In this document: positions 26,582-35,684 of the stretch, piece after piece
Layout of the letters: every line of letters begins with the position of its first letter
How positions within the stretch are numbered: the first letter of the stretch is position 1
Virus record (IMG/VR): IMGVR_UViG_3300032242_000723
Coordinates: 248,001 to 312,000 of that record
Reading direction: 5' to 3' (one strand)
Length of the DNA stretch: 64,000 bases
The notes under the pieces: model-generated
What the model was told of the DNA's origin: nothing
The model's database searches: none
The model's input: the letters and a program-made list of their open reading frames with translations, nothing else
Translations under genes and position numbers: made by a program

Positions 26582-27139
26582 ATGAGTACCACACCACTAT
26601 ATAATCAACAAGTTATCAACATTGGTGCACAGCCAAATGATGGCGTGGGCGATCCGTTACGTGTAGCGTTTGAGAAAGTAAACAATAACTTCTCTAATCT
26701 ATTTGCTACCTTTGTTAACTCTACTATTGCTTATACATTTGGAAACACTGCTGGTCAGGTTATCTTTGAATATCCAGCAAACGCTTTCTCTGAGGGTCAG
26801 TTCTATATTCAATCAAGTGATACTGGAACACCAGACAGACAAAATATTCAACTTTTTGCACAGATTAATCCAGCACATGATACTATCAAGTTCAGTGGTT
26901 ATGGTTCTACCTTCTTTGGTAACTGTACTTCTCGCTATAATATGGATGTTGTTGGTGGCAATGTAAGAATATTGGCCAACCCATTGATTGACGATGATAT
27001 GACTCACTTTATCTCTTCGCAGATCATGTGGACAGGCCCAAATGTACCAGGTATGTATATCTCTCCCGATGGATATGCTAACTCATCTATCGCTACCGAA
27101 ACAGTGGTCAACATCACAACAGAGCAACCTGCACCATGA
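26582..27139 (+). CDS. Baseplate wedge-like structural protein (T4 gp9/gp10 N-terminal motif)
   Basis: INIGAQPNDGVGDPLRVAFEKVNNNF motif. Confidence 0.7.
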   Translation: MSTTPLYNQQVINIGAQPNDGVGDPLRVAFEKVNNNFSNLFATFVNSTIAYTFGNTAGQVIFEYPANAFSEGQFYIQSSDTGTPDRQNIQLFAQINPAHDTIKFSGYGSTFFGNCTSRYNMDVVGGNVRILANPLIDDDMTHFISSQIMWTGPNVPGMYISPDGYANSSIATETVVNITTEQPAP

Positions 27140-27555
27140 GAGCTTGGGAATTTCTAACAGAAGCACAACTTCATCCAGAAGAAGCATCGTTGCCTACAAA
27201 GCCAACCGACAAGTTACTTCCTGATCAGGCCGGCGCATTGCCCGCTACTTATATCATTCCTGAACTACCTAACCAAGATCCATATCTACAATATCGTTTC
27301 GGAGTAGCATTAGCAGGCGCTAAAGGTAGAAAACAACGAGAACAAGATGGTGTTTCTAGTATGGATCGCACGAGTGCATTCGGTGAAGCAGAGATCATTG
27401 TATCGTACGGTGATGATGTCGGACCATTTATTGACGATGCTCTTAAGCAAATGGGCATGAGTGGAAAGAAGATGGTAAGCACTCCTACGAGTATAGAAAC
27501 TTCTGATGTTACTAAAGTTAGCCCAATGAGACCGTTTAAAGGATATGCAAGATGA
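27136..27555 (+). CDS. Putative head/internal protein with capsid-targeting-like N-terminus
   Basis: MRAWEFLTE; paralog of the next gene (shared S..E...V.KVSP ending). Confidence 0.6.
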   Translation: MRAWEFLTEAQLHPEEASLPTKPTDKLLPDQAGALPATYIIPELPNQDPYLQYRFGVALAGAKGRKQREQDGVSSMDRTSAFGEAEIIVSYGDDVGPFIDDALKQMGMSGKKMVSTPTSIETSDVTKVSPMRPFKGYAR

Positions 27556-27932
27556 GAGCACATGAGTTTATTAGTGAAGGTACTGGTGTTCCACCTGAAT
27601 CCCATACTCACGCCCACAGCGGCGGTTATAAGTTTATGGATAACGGAACAGACAGAACTTACAACTTGAATCGCATCATGGCCGCAGCAGGGCAATCTGA
27701 CGGTAAATCAACGAAAGCAATAAAAGACTTCGATGATGAAAGTTTTGCTGGTAAACATAACATGGCTTATCCTTATACTGAGATTGAACACAACATGCTG
27801 AAGCAAGCATTCAATACTGTTTCTCCTAGCGATGTTCATCGTATTCCTGGCGACAAAAGTAGTGCTGAGCATCCATCTACACATAAAGTAAGTCCGGTTG
27901 CTAAACGACCTACTGATCACAGAAAAAAATAA
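27552..27932 (+). CDS. Putative head/internal protein with capsid-targeting-like N-terminus
   Basis: MRAHEFISE; tandem paralog of the previous gene. Confidence 0.6.
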   Translation: MRAHEFISEGTGVPPESHTHAHSGGYKFMDNGTDRTYNLNRIMAAAGQSDGKSTKAIKDFDDESFAGKHNMAYPYTEIEHNMLKQAFNTVSPSDVHRIPGDKSSAEHPSTHKVSPVAKRPTDHRKK

Positions 27933-27962
27933 TCACAAGCCTGTTGCTATATAAATATTATC

Positions 27963-28658
27963 ATGAGCAACATTGACATCAACCAAACACTAGACCTAAT
28001 CAAACTCAAGTTCTACAACGAATATCTGTACACCGCCCACCTGTACGATGAAGGCGACAGTCCATTTCATAAAGAACTAACAGCACAAGTCGTAAAGACT
28101 TATGTAGACCCACTCAATCTTCCAAAAGATGCACATATTCTTGATCTTGGATGCGGCCCTGGCTACTTCTTAGACGAGATGAAGGAACGCGAGTACACTA
28201 ACACTGTTGGTGTCACACTCAGTCCAGGTGATATCAAGATTTGTGAAGACAAGGGACATGTGATCAAGAAGTATGATCTATCATTTCTTCCACAGAAGGA
28301 TGGCTACTACGATGAGTCAGTAGACTTTATCTTCTTGCGTCATGCACTTGAGCATAGTCCGTATCCTATCTTCTCATTGATGGAATATAATCGTATCCTC
28401 AAGCAGGGATCAAAGATTTACATTGAAGTTCCAGCCCCAGACTGTGAACGACAACATGAATCTAACCTGAATCACTATTCTATCTTAGGTTCTAATCAGT
28501 TGGGAGCACTATTACAACGCTGTGGATTCAACATTGATGCGTTTAACAACTTAGAGTTTGATCTTCATATTCCAACCGAAGATGGTGAAACTAAGAAGGT
28601 TACTGAAAAGTATTATTGCATAGTTGCCACGAAGGCTAAACCACTAGATGTAAAGTAA
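27963..28658 (+). CDS. Class I SAM-dependent methyltransferase
   Basis: ILDLGCGPG, VDFIFLRHALEH, RILKQG. Confidence 0.9.
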   Translation: MSNIDINQTLDLIKLKFYNEYLYTAHLYDEGDSPFHKELTAQVVKTYVDPLNLPKDAHILDLGCGPGYFLDEMKEREYTNTVGVTLSPGDIKICEDKGHVIKKYDLSFLPQKDGYYDESVDFIFLRHALEHSPYPIFSLMEYNRILKQGSKIYIEVPAPDCERQHESNLNHYSILGSNQLGALLQRCGFNIDAFNNLEFDLHIPTEDGETKKVTEKYYCIVATKAKPLDVK

Positions 28659-28677
28659 GTTTTAAATATCGAGCATA

Positions 28678-28716
28678 AATACTCTCACAACAGATACTTG
28701 TGAGAGTATTTTTTTA
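28678..28716 (+). promoter_or_regulatory. Hairpin overlapping a late promoter (terminator-like)
   Basis: AAATACTCTCACA/TGTGAGAGTATTT inverted repeat plus T-run; its left arm contains the TAAATA box. Confidence 0.55.
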
Positions 28717-28727
28717 AGGAAAAACCT

Positions 28728-29096
28728 ATGAAACCTAGTGAGATTCTGCGTAGTCTAGCAGATATGATTGACGCAAGACAACAAGCAATCAAGCCTTTAG
28801 GAGCAAGCGGCGCATTGAATCCTAGATTGATGCCGCAAGTTATAGCAGAACCAGTAGATGTTGAGTTTGAGCCTGCGAATGGTCTTGCTCAACAACCTGA
28901 TGATGTGTTTGTTCCTCCATTGCAGTTGAAGATTGAACTTCTCAAGAAATCACAGGGTGTGGAAAACATCTATGATGATCCTGAAGAGGAAGAAGATGAA
29001 GCCCATCATTATGATGAGTTGGCTGCGATCAAGCGTAATGCAGGAATCGCCCCTATCGTGTTAGACGCATTAGACGACGACGAACCACTAGGATAA
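28728..29096 (+). CDS. Acidic virion-associated hypothetical protein
   Basis: MKPSEIL N-terminus; follows a late promoter; AAGGAA RBS. Confidence 0.6.
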   Translation: MKPSEILRSLADMIDARQQAIKPLGASGALNPRLMPQVIAEPVDVEFEPANGLAQQPDDVFVPPLQLKIELLKKSQGVENIYDDPEEEEDEAHHYDELAAIKRNAGIAPIVLDALDDDEPLG

Positions 29097-29102
29097 CAAA
29101 TT

Positions 29103-31664
29103 ATGGCCTTCATCCAAAATCTGTTTACAAGTAGAGACAATAGTGCCAACGCATCAACGTATGTAGGTCAGCAAGGCCGCATCTGGTGGGATCCGTTGAC
29201 CAACTCTATGTATTACAGTGATGGATCAACTCCAGGCGGTATACCAGTTGGAGCAGGTGGCAATCCATTCAATCAGGTTCTTAATACAAACAGCAATGTT
29301 ACCTTTAGTAGCGTTACTGTAACGGGAAACATCAATCTAGGTGCTTCATCAACTATTACAGGCAACCTTAATCTTTCAAACACCTCTGTTGCTAATCTTG
29401 GTAACTTTACGATCAGCGATCAAACACTAGCAGGTACAATCAACAATAGAACTATTAGAATCAGTCCGGTCGGCAACGCAGCCGTACAAGTATTAAACGG
29501 TATTCAGGTATATCAAGGAAACTTTAGCACAAGTCCATTGTTCAGCGTTACCAATAGTGGAGTTGTATCAACAATAGTTCCTAACGCAGTAAGTTATTTA
29601 GGTGCGTTTGAAATCGTAGGTAACCCTGCAGGCAATACAGTTCCTCCTCAGAACTATGGCGTGTTGCTACACACTACAGGTGTGCCGTCAGTTCCTGCTC
29701 GTATCTATAACGACGGTGTTGCAAACTACGCAGCGATTATTAATCGTAGATATAACGGCACAAGTGCTGCACCAACTGGCGTACTTGCTAATGAAATAAT
29801 GGGTCGTATTGGTGCTACTCCTTATCTCAATAACGCAACATGGACATCATTAAGTACTACACGTATTGACATGATTACAACTGAAATACAAACTACCGCT
29901 GCTCAAGGTAGCAAGATGGAGTTTTATACAGTAGCAAATGGCGATACTGTTCCTACTCTAACTATGGATTTAGACACTGATACTGGAATCACACTACACG
30001 CTAATGTACTTCCTGCCCACACTAATCAGTTTTCATTGGGCAACTCTACTTTTAAATGGAATGATTTGTGGCTTGGCCCAACAAGTCTGCACATGGAAGA
30101 TACTGTAACACATTTGAACACTGCATTGACTGTACAAAACGGTACATTGTTCATTGACGGTTCGCAGCGTATTCAAATCGGTAATATGCAAATGACGACT
30201 GATGGCATCAGTCTAGTAACTGCAAACACTGGTTCAAATGTTCAAATCGGAACTGCTGGTGACACTGGTTATATGCAACTCAATATGCCAGGTATCAAGT
30301 TTAGAGACAGCACGATTCAAACAACCGCCGCTGTTCCTCTAAGTTATATGGGTGCAGCAAACGGCGTAGCAACACTTGGTGCAGACAGCAAAGTTATACC
30401 ATCACAACTTCCAGCAGGAGCAGTGTTCTTTAAAGGCATATGGGATGCATCAACTAACACTCCAACCCTCGTAAATGGTACTGGAACTGCTGGTTGGGAA
30501 TATCAATGTTCTGTTGCAGGCACGGTAAACTTTGGCGCTGGCAATATCACATTTGCAGTGGGCGACTTTGTAATCTACAATGGTTCGTTGTGGCAAAAGA
30601 TCGCAGGTTCAGGTGCAGGCGTCACCAGCTTTAATACGAGAACAGGTGTAGTCACACTAACAAGTAGTGATGTTACTACTGCATTGTCTAACAGCAGCAT
30701 TGTAAACAGTAAACTAGTTAATCCAAATGTAACGATCACAACAGGTGCAGGCTTATCTGGCGGCGGAGTACTTGCATTGGGCGGAAGCCTCGCACTTGTT
30801 GCTAATGTCGGTAATGTTGTTGGTGGTACTGGCGTAAATGTTGCCGCTGCATCAGGAAACTACACGGTTAGCATCGGTCAACCAGTTGGAACTGCGAATA
30901 GCGTACAGTTCTATGCACTAACAACGACAACGACTGTTGCTGCAACTGGAAACATCACAGGCGGTAACTTAACAACGGGTGGCAAAGTTGTTGCAACCGG
31001 AAACATTGAAACAAGTGGTAACTTAGTTACACCAAACACTGTTATTAACAGTAGCATGACGAGTAACGGTAATGTTAACTTCACTGGTGCTAATGTCAGC
31101 TTAGGTGCAGTCGGTAATGTTCGTGTTACAGGCGGTACTAACGGTCAGTTCTTGACGACCAATGGTTCAGGCACACTAAGCTGGTCAAATGTTGCAGGCG
31201 CCAATGTTTCAGGAACAGTAGCGAATGCAACTTATGCAACAAGCGCAGGTATTGCCACTTCAGCAAATGCAGTGGCAGGTGCCAATGTTTCAGGAACAGT
31301 AGCGAATGCAACTTATGCAACAAGCGCAGGTATTGCCACTTCAGCAAATGCAGTGGCAGGTGCTAATGTTTCAGGAACAGTAACAACCGCAACCAACTTA
31401 TCGGCAGCTAGTAGTATTTTAGCAGGGTCGTTCTCATTGGCAGTCAATGTAGGTAAAAACAGTTTGACTACATTAACACAAACTATTTCCGGGCTAACAA
31501 CTAGTCATAAAGTTATCATTACACCTGCAACAGCAATGCCGGATAATAGTGCCGGTTTTGAAGCAGCATGGGCAAGTTCTTCTAATACACTTAGTCTACA
31601 GTTTTCAAATCCCGGCGGCGCAGTCAATGCTTCATTCAACATAAACTATTTTGCCTGGGTATAA
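29103..31664 (+). CDS. Tail fibre/virion appendage protein
   Basis: Mtd-N-like start (VGQQGRIWWD...SDGSTPGG); Gly/Thr/Asn/Ala-rich beta repeats; NGVATLGADSKV..SQLP; W.AS.N.P.L..G.G..G..Y module. Confidence 0.75.
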   Translation: MAFIQNLFTSRDNSANASTYVGQQGRIWWDPLTNSMYYSDGSTPGGIPVGAGGNPFNQVLNTNSNVTFSSVTVTGNINLGASSTITGNLNLSNTSVANLGNFTISDQTLAGTINNRTIRISPVGNAAVQVLNGIQVYQGNFSTSPLFSVTNSGVVSTIVPNAVSYLGAFEIVGNPAGNTVPPQNYGVLLHTTGVPSVPARIYNDGVANYAAIINRRYNGTSAAPTGVLANEIMGRIGATPYLNNATWTSLSTTRIDMITTEIQTTAAQGSKMEFYTVANGDTVPTLTMDLDTDTGITLHANVLPAHTNQFSLGNSTFKWNDLWLGPTSLHMEDTVTHLNTALTVQNGTLFIDGSQRIQIGNMQMTTDGISLVTANTGSNVQIGTAGDTGYMQLNMPGIKFRDSTIQTTAAVPLSYMGAANGVATLGADSKVIPSQLPAGAVFFKGIWDASTNTPTLVNGTGTAGWEYQCSVAGTVNFGAGNITFAVGDFVIYNGSLWQKIAGSGAGVTSFNTRTGVVTLTSSDVTTALSNSSIVNSKLVNPNVTITTGAGLSGGGVLALGGSLALVANVGNVVGGTGVNVAAASGNYTVSIGQPVGTANSVQFYALTTTTTVAATGNITGGNLTTGGKVVATGNIETSGNLVTPNTVINSSMTSNGNVNFTGANVSLGAVGNVRVTGGTNGQFLTTNGSGTLSWSNVAGANVSGTVANATYATSAGIATSANAVAGANVSGTVANATYATSAGIATSANAVAGANVSGTVTTATNLSAASSILAGSFSLAVNVGKNSLTTLTQTISGLTTSHKVIITPATAMPDNSAGFEAAWASSSNTLSLQFSNPGGAVNASFNINYFAWV
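31200..31382 (+). repeat. 81-bp (27-aa) tandem repeat, about 2.3 copies
   Basis: 31200-31280 is identical to 31281-31361, plus a partial third copy; encodes ANVSGTVANATYATSAGIATSANAVAG. Confidence 0.9.
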
Positions 31665-31665
31665 C

Positions 31666-31935
31666 ATGACAGACAATGCTGGTATCAATCTTGTTGTAAA
31701 GGGAAGTTGTAATCCCTTCGGTGGTTGCGGCGGCGGATGTTGCAAAGTTAGAGTGTACGAACCTGGAAATGTAAACTATCATTTAGAATGGTGCGAGTAT
31801 TTTGATGAACCTACTCGTAAATGTAAAATATACGAAACTAGACCCGAGGGGTGCAGAACATACCCAACTGTAAGGCACATCCAACACGATATATGGTTAA
31901 TACCAGGTTGTGGATATTACCTTGAAGAAGAATAA
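31666..31935 (+). CDS. YkgJ-like Cys-cluster (Zn/Fe-S chelating) protein
   Basis: C-x5-C-x3-CC ... C..F......C.IY..RP..CR.YP; ATG at 31666. Confidence 0.75.
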   Translation: MTDNAGINLVVKGSCNPFGGCGGGCCKVRVYEPGNVNYHLEWCEYFDEPTRKCKIYETRPEGCRTYPTVRHIQHDIWLIPGCGYYLEEE

Positions 31936-31943
31936 ATACTATC

Positions 31944-33491
31944 ATGAGTAACGCACCTTCACTAATCAAAGACCCATATAAGAAAACAGTATTTAAAAAT
32001 CAACAAGAACTAGACGATTTCGTTAAATGTTGTGACCCGGCAACAGGTTATCTATATTTCATGGATAACTTCTTTATGATTCAACACCCTACTCGTGGCA
32101 GTATGAACTATCACCCCTGGGCATTCCAAGAACGATTGATTGAAACATATCACAAATATCGTTTTTCTATCTCACTGATGCCAAGACAGTCTGGTAAATC
32201 AACAAGTGCAGCCGGATACTTGCTTTGGTATGCAATGTTCAATCCGGACTCAACGATATTAATCGCAGCACACAAATATACAGGTGCTCAGGAAATCATG
32301 CAGCGTATTCGTTATGCGTATGAAAACTGCCCAGATCATATCAAGGCTGGTGTCACAACCTATAACAAGGGTTCTATTGACTTTGAAAACGGTTCGCGTA
32401 TCGTATCTGCTACAACGACTGAGAACACTGGTCGTGGTATGTCAATCACCTTATTATATCTTGACGAGTTCGCATTCGTTAGACCTTCAATCGCTAAAGA
32501 GTTCTGGACAGCAATCACTCCTACTCTGTCAACAGGAGGTAAAGCCATTATCACATCAACACCAAACTCAGATGAAGATCAGTTCGCACTCATATGGAAA
32601 GGTGCTAACAAGACAGAAGACGAGTTCGGCAATACTACTGATATAGGCGTAAACGGATTTAGAGCATATAGAGCATACTGGAGAGAACAGCCGGGCCGCG
32701 ACGACAAATGGGCTGCTGAACTCCGTGCTCAACTCGGGGATGATCGCTTTCGCAGAGAGATGGATTGCGATTTTATCATCGCAGACGAGACGCTTATCAA
32801 TCCAAACACGTTACTACTGTTAGACGGCATCGAACCTGTTTCTCGTATGGGACAAATACGCTGGTACCAACAACCTGTCAAGGGAAATATATACGCAGTT
32901 GGTCTTGATCCTTCATTAGGTACAGGTGGCGATCCATCTGCGATACAGATATATGAAGCAAATACAACCACACAGATTGGTGAATGGAAGCATAATAAGA
33001 CTGACATTCCTAGCCAGATCAAGTTGATTGCTGAAGTTTGTAGGCACATAGAATCCATCACGAAAGAACCAAACAACATCTATTACTCTATTGAGAGCAA
33101 TGGTATCGGTGAAGCGGCTATCATATCATTAAACGAGTTCGGTGAATCAAACATCCCAGGAACCTTCTTGAGTGAGAGCGGCAAAAAGCGTAAGGGCTTT
33201 AACACAACAAACAAGGTCAAGATCGCCGCGTGTGCTAAGTTCAAAACATTGCTAGAATCAAAGAAAATGACAGTCAATAGCCGTCCATTGATCAGCGAAC
33301 TTAAAGCATTTGTCGCATCTGGTGGCAGTTATGCAGCCAAAATCGGTGACACGGATGATTTGGTAATGGCCTCACTATTAGCGGTTAGAATGATGACTCA
33401 ACTCGCAGAGTATCATGGTGACTTAGAATCTCAAATCAGAGATCATAGTGAGTTCATTGAGCCATTACCCTTCTTTGCGGTACTCGGATAA
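31944..33491 (+). CDS. terL: Terminase large subunit (T4 gp17-like)
   Basis: PRQSGKST Walker A, LLYLDEFAFV Walker B, ITSTPN, GLDPSLGTGGD and DDLVMA nuclease motifs. Confidence 0.95.
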   Translation: MSNAPSLIKDPYKKTVFKNQQELDDFVKCCDPATGYLYFMDNFFMIQHPTRGSMNYHPWAFQERLIETYHKYRFSISLMPRQSGKSTSAAGYLLWYAMFNPDSTILIAAHKYTGAQEIMQRIRYAYENCPDHIKAGVTTYNKGSIDFENGSRIVSATTTENTGRGMSITLLYLDEFAFVRPSIAKEFWTAITPTLSTGGKAIITSTPNSDEDQFALIWKGANKTEDEFGNTTDIGVNGFRAYRAYWREQPGRDDKWAAELRAQLGDDRFRREMDCDFIIADETLINPNTLLLLDGIEPVSRMGQIRWYQQPVKGNIYAVGLDPSLGTGGDPSAIQIYEANTTTQIGEWKHNKTDIPSQIKLIAEVCRHIESITKEPNNIYYSIESNGIGEAAIISLNEFGESNIPGTFLSESGKKRKGFNTTNKVKIAACAKFKTLLESKKMTVNSRPLISELKAFVASGGSYAAKIGDTDDLVMASLLAVRMMTQLAEYHGDLESQIRDHSEFIEPLPFFAVLG

Positions 33492-33530
33492 GATTGCACA
33501 GACTATTTCACATTTAGTATAAATAGTATC

Positions 33531-35522
33531 ATGGCACTAGAAAACAAATCATTCAATGTAAAACTTTATAAACTTTTGAAATCTAAAGGTTATGAACCAG
33601 TTCCTTTGGACTCAAAGAACAAAAGAGTTCAAGCATCACAAGAAGCTGATGTTATTGAGTTCACTTTCAAAAAAGAAGGTGAAGATTATGGCAAAGCTTG
33701 GGTAAGTATCGACGATGCTCAACGGGTCATAGTATATTACGACGATGAGCAAGAAAACAGTCCAAGCGAAGTAACTCCAGGTGTTGATTACGATGATACT
33801 TGGACAGGTTTCTTGACCCACTTAAAGAACTGGTCAATGCGTAAGCAACTTGATTTTGAATTAGCCAACAAAGACCGCTTAGGCGATGACATGAGACAAC
33901 GGGATTATCATAAGATGAAAGAAAAAGTATCAGAAGGCTATCACGCTATGGGCAGAGCAAAAAGTTATAATGACAATGTACCAGATGTAAAGATCGTCCT
34001 TCAACATAGCCGTAATATCGAAGAAGGTGAACAACGCTATCGTAACGTAGCGAAAATCTATCTTGAAAACTCAGACGGCGAGCGTATCCTTGCACCTACT
34101 AACAAGCCAGGCGTAGCACAGATTTATGCACGTCACTTAGCAGAAGGTGGACAACCTCATGATGAACGTTGGAATCACTTGAAGGGTCTTTGCGAAGAAT
34201 ATAACAAGATGGCTGGATTTGTCCGTGCTACCCGCAATGGTGAGTTCACTGAGTCCGCACAAAAACTCGTACAAGAAGGTATCAATCACTATAATAAGTT
34301 ACGTGAATCACTTAGCAAGATGCGTGGTTCGCGTGGCTACAACGCATACTTTGAATCATGGTCACCTCCTCTCATGGAAGATGAGAGTGATGACACGATC
34401 AATGAACTATTCGTCCAGGAAACAATGGATCCTCGTATCGAGTCGGTTATGCCAATCCTCTCACGCCTTCGCAAGAATGTAGTAGAGATGAATGAAGTTG
34501 GTATGCTTGAAAGCTGGGCTGACAATGTTATCAATGAGAAGCTGGAACTTGGCGAATATAACGATCATGAAATGGCTGACACAAAAACTGACATGAGAAA
34601 AACAGGTGATGAAGTCACATCAGAGCATGACGAAGCCTATGCAAAGTTAAAGAGAATGGCACCCGAACTCTATAACTTCATTCGTAACGAAGCTCCGATG
34701 CCGATTGATCCGATCCAAACATTACAATATCTTCGCCAATCAGGTGGAAATGCAGGACAACTATTACGTATGCTTAAGGATCACATCAAGCAAGATACCG
34801 AAAAGCAATACGACAAAAAGCATCCATCCTTAGCAGAAAGCATGAAGCGTTTCTTAGAGACACTCGTGAATGAAGGACTCAAAGATACAGGTTGGATGGA
34901 CAAGGACGAAGCCGAGGACGGCACGGTTCCTGCATTCATGCGTAAGAAGCAATATGACGACAAGATGAAGGACGCTACGGGCGGCCCTGCAGTTCGTACT
35001 GCAAAGAACAAGCCTGAAGACGAAATTGACGAAAACTTCATCAGCATGGACGCACAAGCCGTAGCAGAAGAAGATGATGCAGGTCAACTCAAAGGTGGCC
35101 CAATCGAAGCCTATGGTGTACATGGCGTGAAGTCTAAGCAATGGCGCAAGACATTTAAAAGTCAAGCTGCGTTTGAAAAATGGTTAGACAAAAATGAAGG
35201 CAACGTTGAAGTTTATGGCACTCGTGACCTAGATGAAAGCCTAGACGAATCTAGTTATCCTTGGTTAGATCATAATGATCGTCCTGCAAACAAAAGAGAC
35301 AAATCGCGTGATTCAGAAGAAGCATTGCGTAAAGAAGTCTCGCGTAAACAGGAAAAGAAGGTTGAAGAAGATTTAGATGCTAACCAAAAGCGTGTAGGTC
35401 AACTTGGTCCTACAGAAAAGGTCAAGAACAATAACATCGGTAAACTAGTAGGTGCCAACGAAAGCACTGAGTATGATGAAGAATTGGCAAGAATAATGGA
35501 TATTGCCCGTTTTAAAAGATAA
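33531..35522 (+). CDS. 663-aa modular head-associated protein
   Basis: Late, leaderless start. Acidic C-terminal half is broken by VNEG, IDEN, LDES-LDES, VEED and ANES sites. Confidence 0.55.
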   Translation: MALENKSFNVKLYKLLKSKGYEPVPLDSKNKRVQASQEADVIEFTFKKEGEDYGKAWVSIDDAQRVIVYYDDEQENSPSEVTPGVDYDDTWTGFLTHLKNWSMRKQLDFELANKDRLGDDMRQRDYHKMKEKVSEGYHAMGRAKSYNDNVPDVKIVLQHSRNIEEGEQRYRNVAKIYLENSDGERILAPTNKPGVAQIYARHLAEGGQPHDERWNHLKGLCEEYNKMAGFVRATRNGEFTESAQKLVQEGINHYNKLRESLSKMRGSRGYNAYFESWSPPLMEDESDDTINELFVQETMDPRIESVMPILSRLRKNVVEMNEVGMLESWADNVINEKLELGEYNDHEMADTKTDMRKTGDEVTSEHDEAYAKLKRMAPELYNFIRNEAPMPIDPIQTLQYLRQSGGNAGQLLRMLKDHIKQDTEKQYDKKHPSLAESMKRFLETLVNEGLKDTGWMDKDEAEDGTVPAFMRKKQYDDKMKDATGGPAVRTAKNKPEDEIDENFISMDAQAVAEEDDAGQLKGGPIEAYGVHGVKSKQWRKTFKSQAAFEKWLDKNEGNVEVYGTRDLDESLDESSYPWLDHNDRPANKRDKSRDSEEALRKEVSRKQEKKVEEDLDANQKRVGQLGPTEKVKNNNIGKLVGANESTEYDEELARIMDIARFKR

Positions 35523-35557
35523 CGCAATAAAGTATTATATTACTTACCCATTACTGG

Positions 35558-35684
35558 TATAAATATATTGACACAGTGTTTGATATCTTGTATATTGAAC
35601 ACTGTGTTAGTTGTCTCCGACAGCAAAACATAAATCTCACACTAAAGCTCAAAATAAAGCACATTTTAACAGGAGAAAAACAAA
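35558..35684 (+). promoter_or_regulatory. SSB gene leader: late and sigma70 promoters, 16-bp hairpin, A-rich unstructured tract
   Basis: TATAAATA at 35558; TTGACA 35568-17 bp-TATATT; inverted repeat ACACAGTGTT (35571)/AACACTGTGT (35598); CAGGAG RBS. Confidence 0.65.

Noticed and set aside
27249-27695. Other minus-strand and alternate-frame ORFs nested in + strand genes (also 14957, 36676, 41208, 49332)
   Set aside because: Overlap well-supported genes, lack motifs and expression signals, and are expected by chance.
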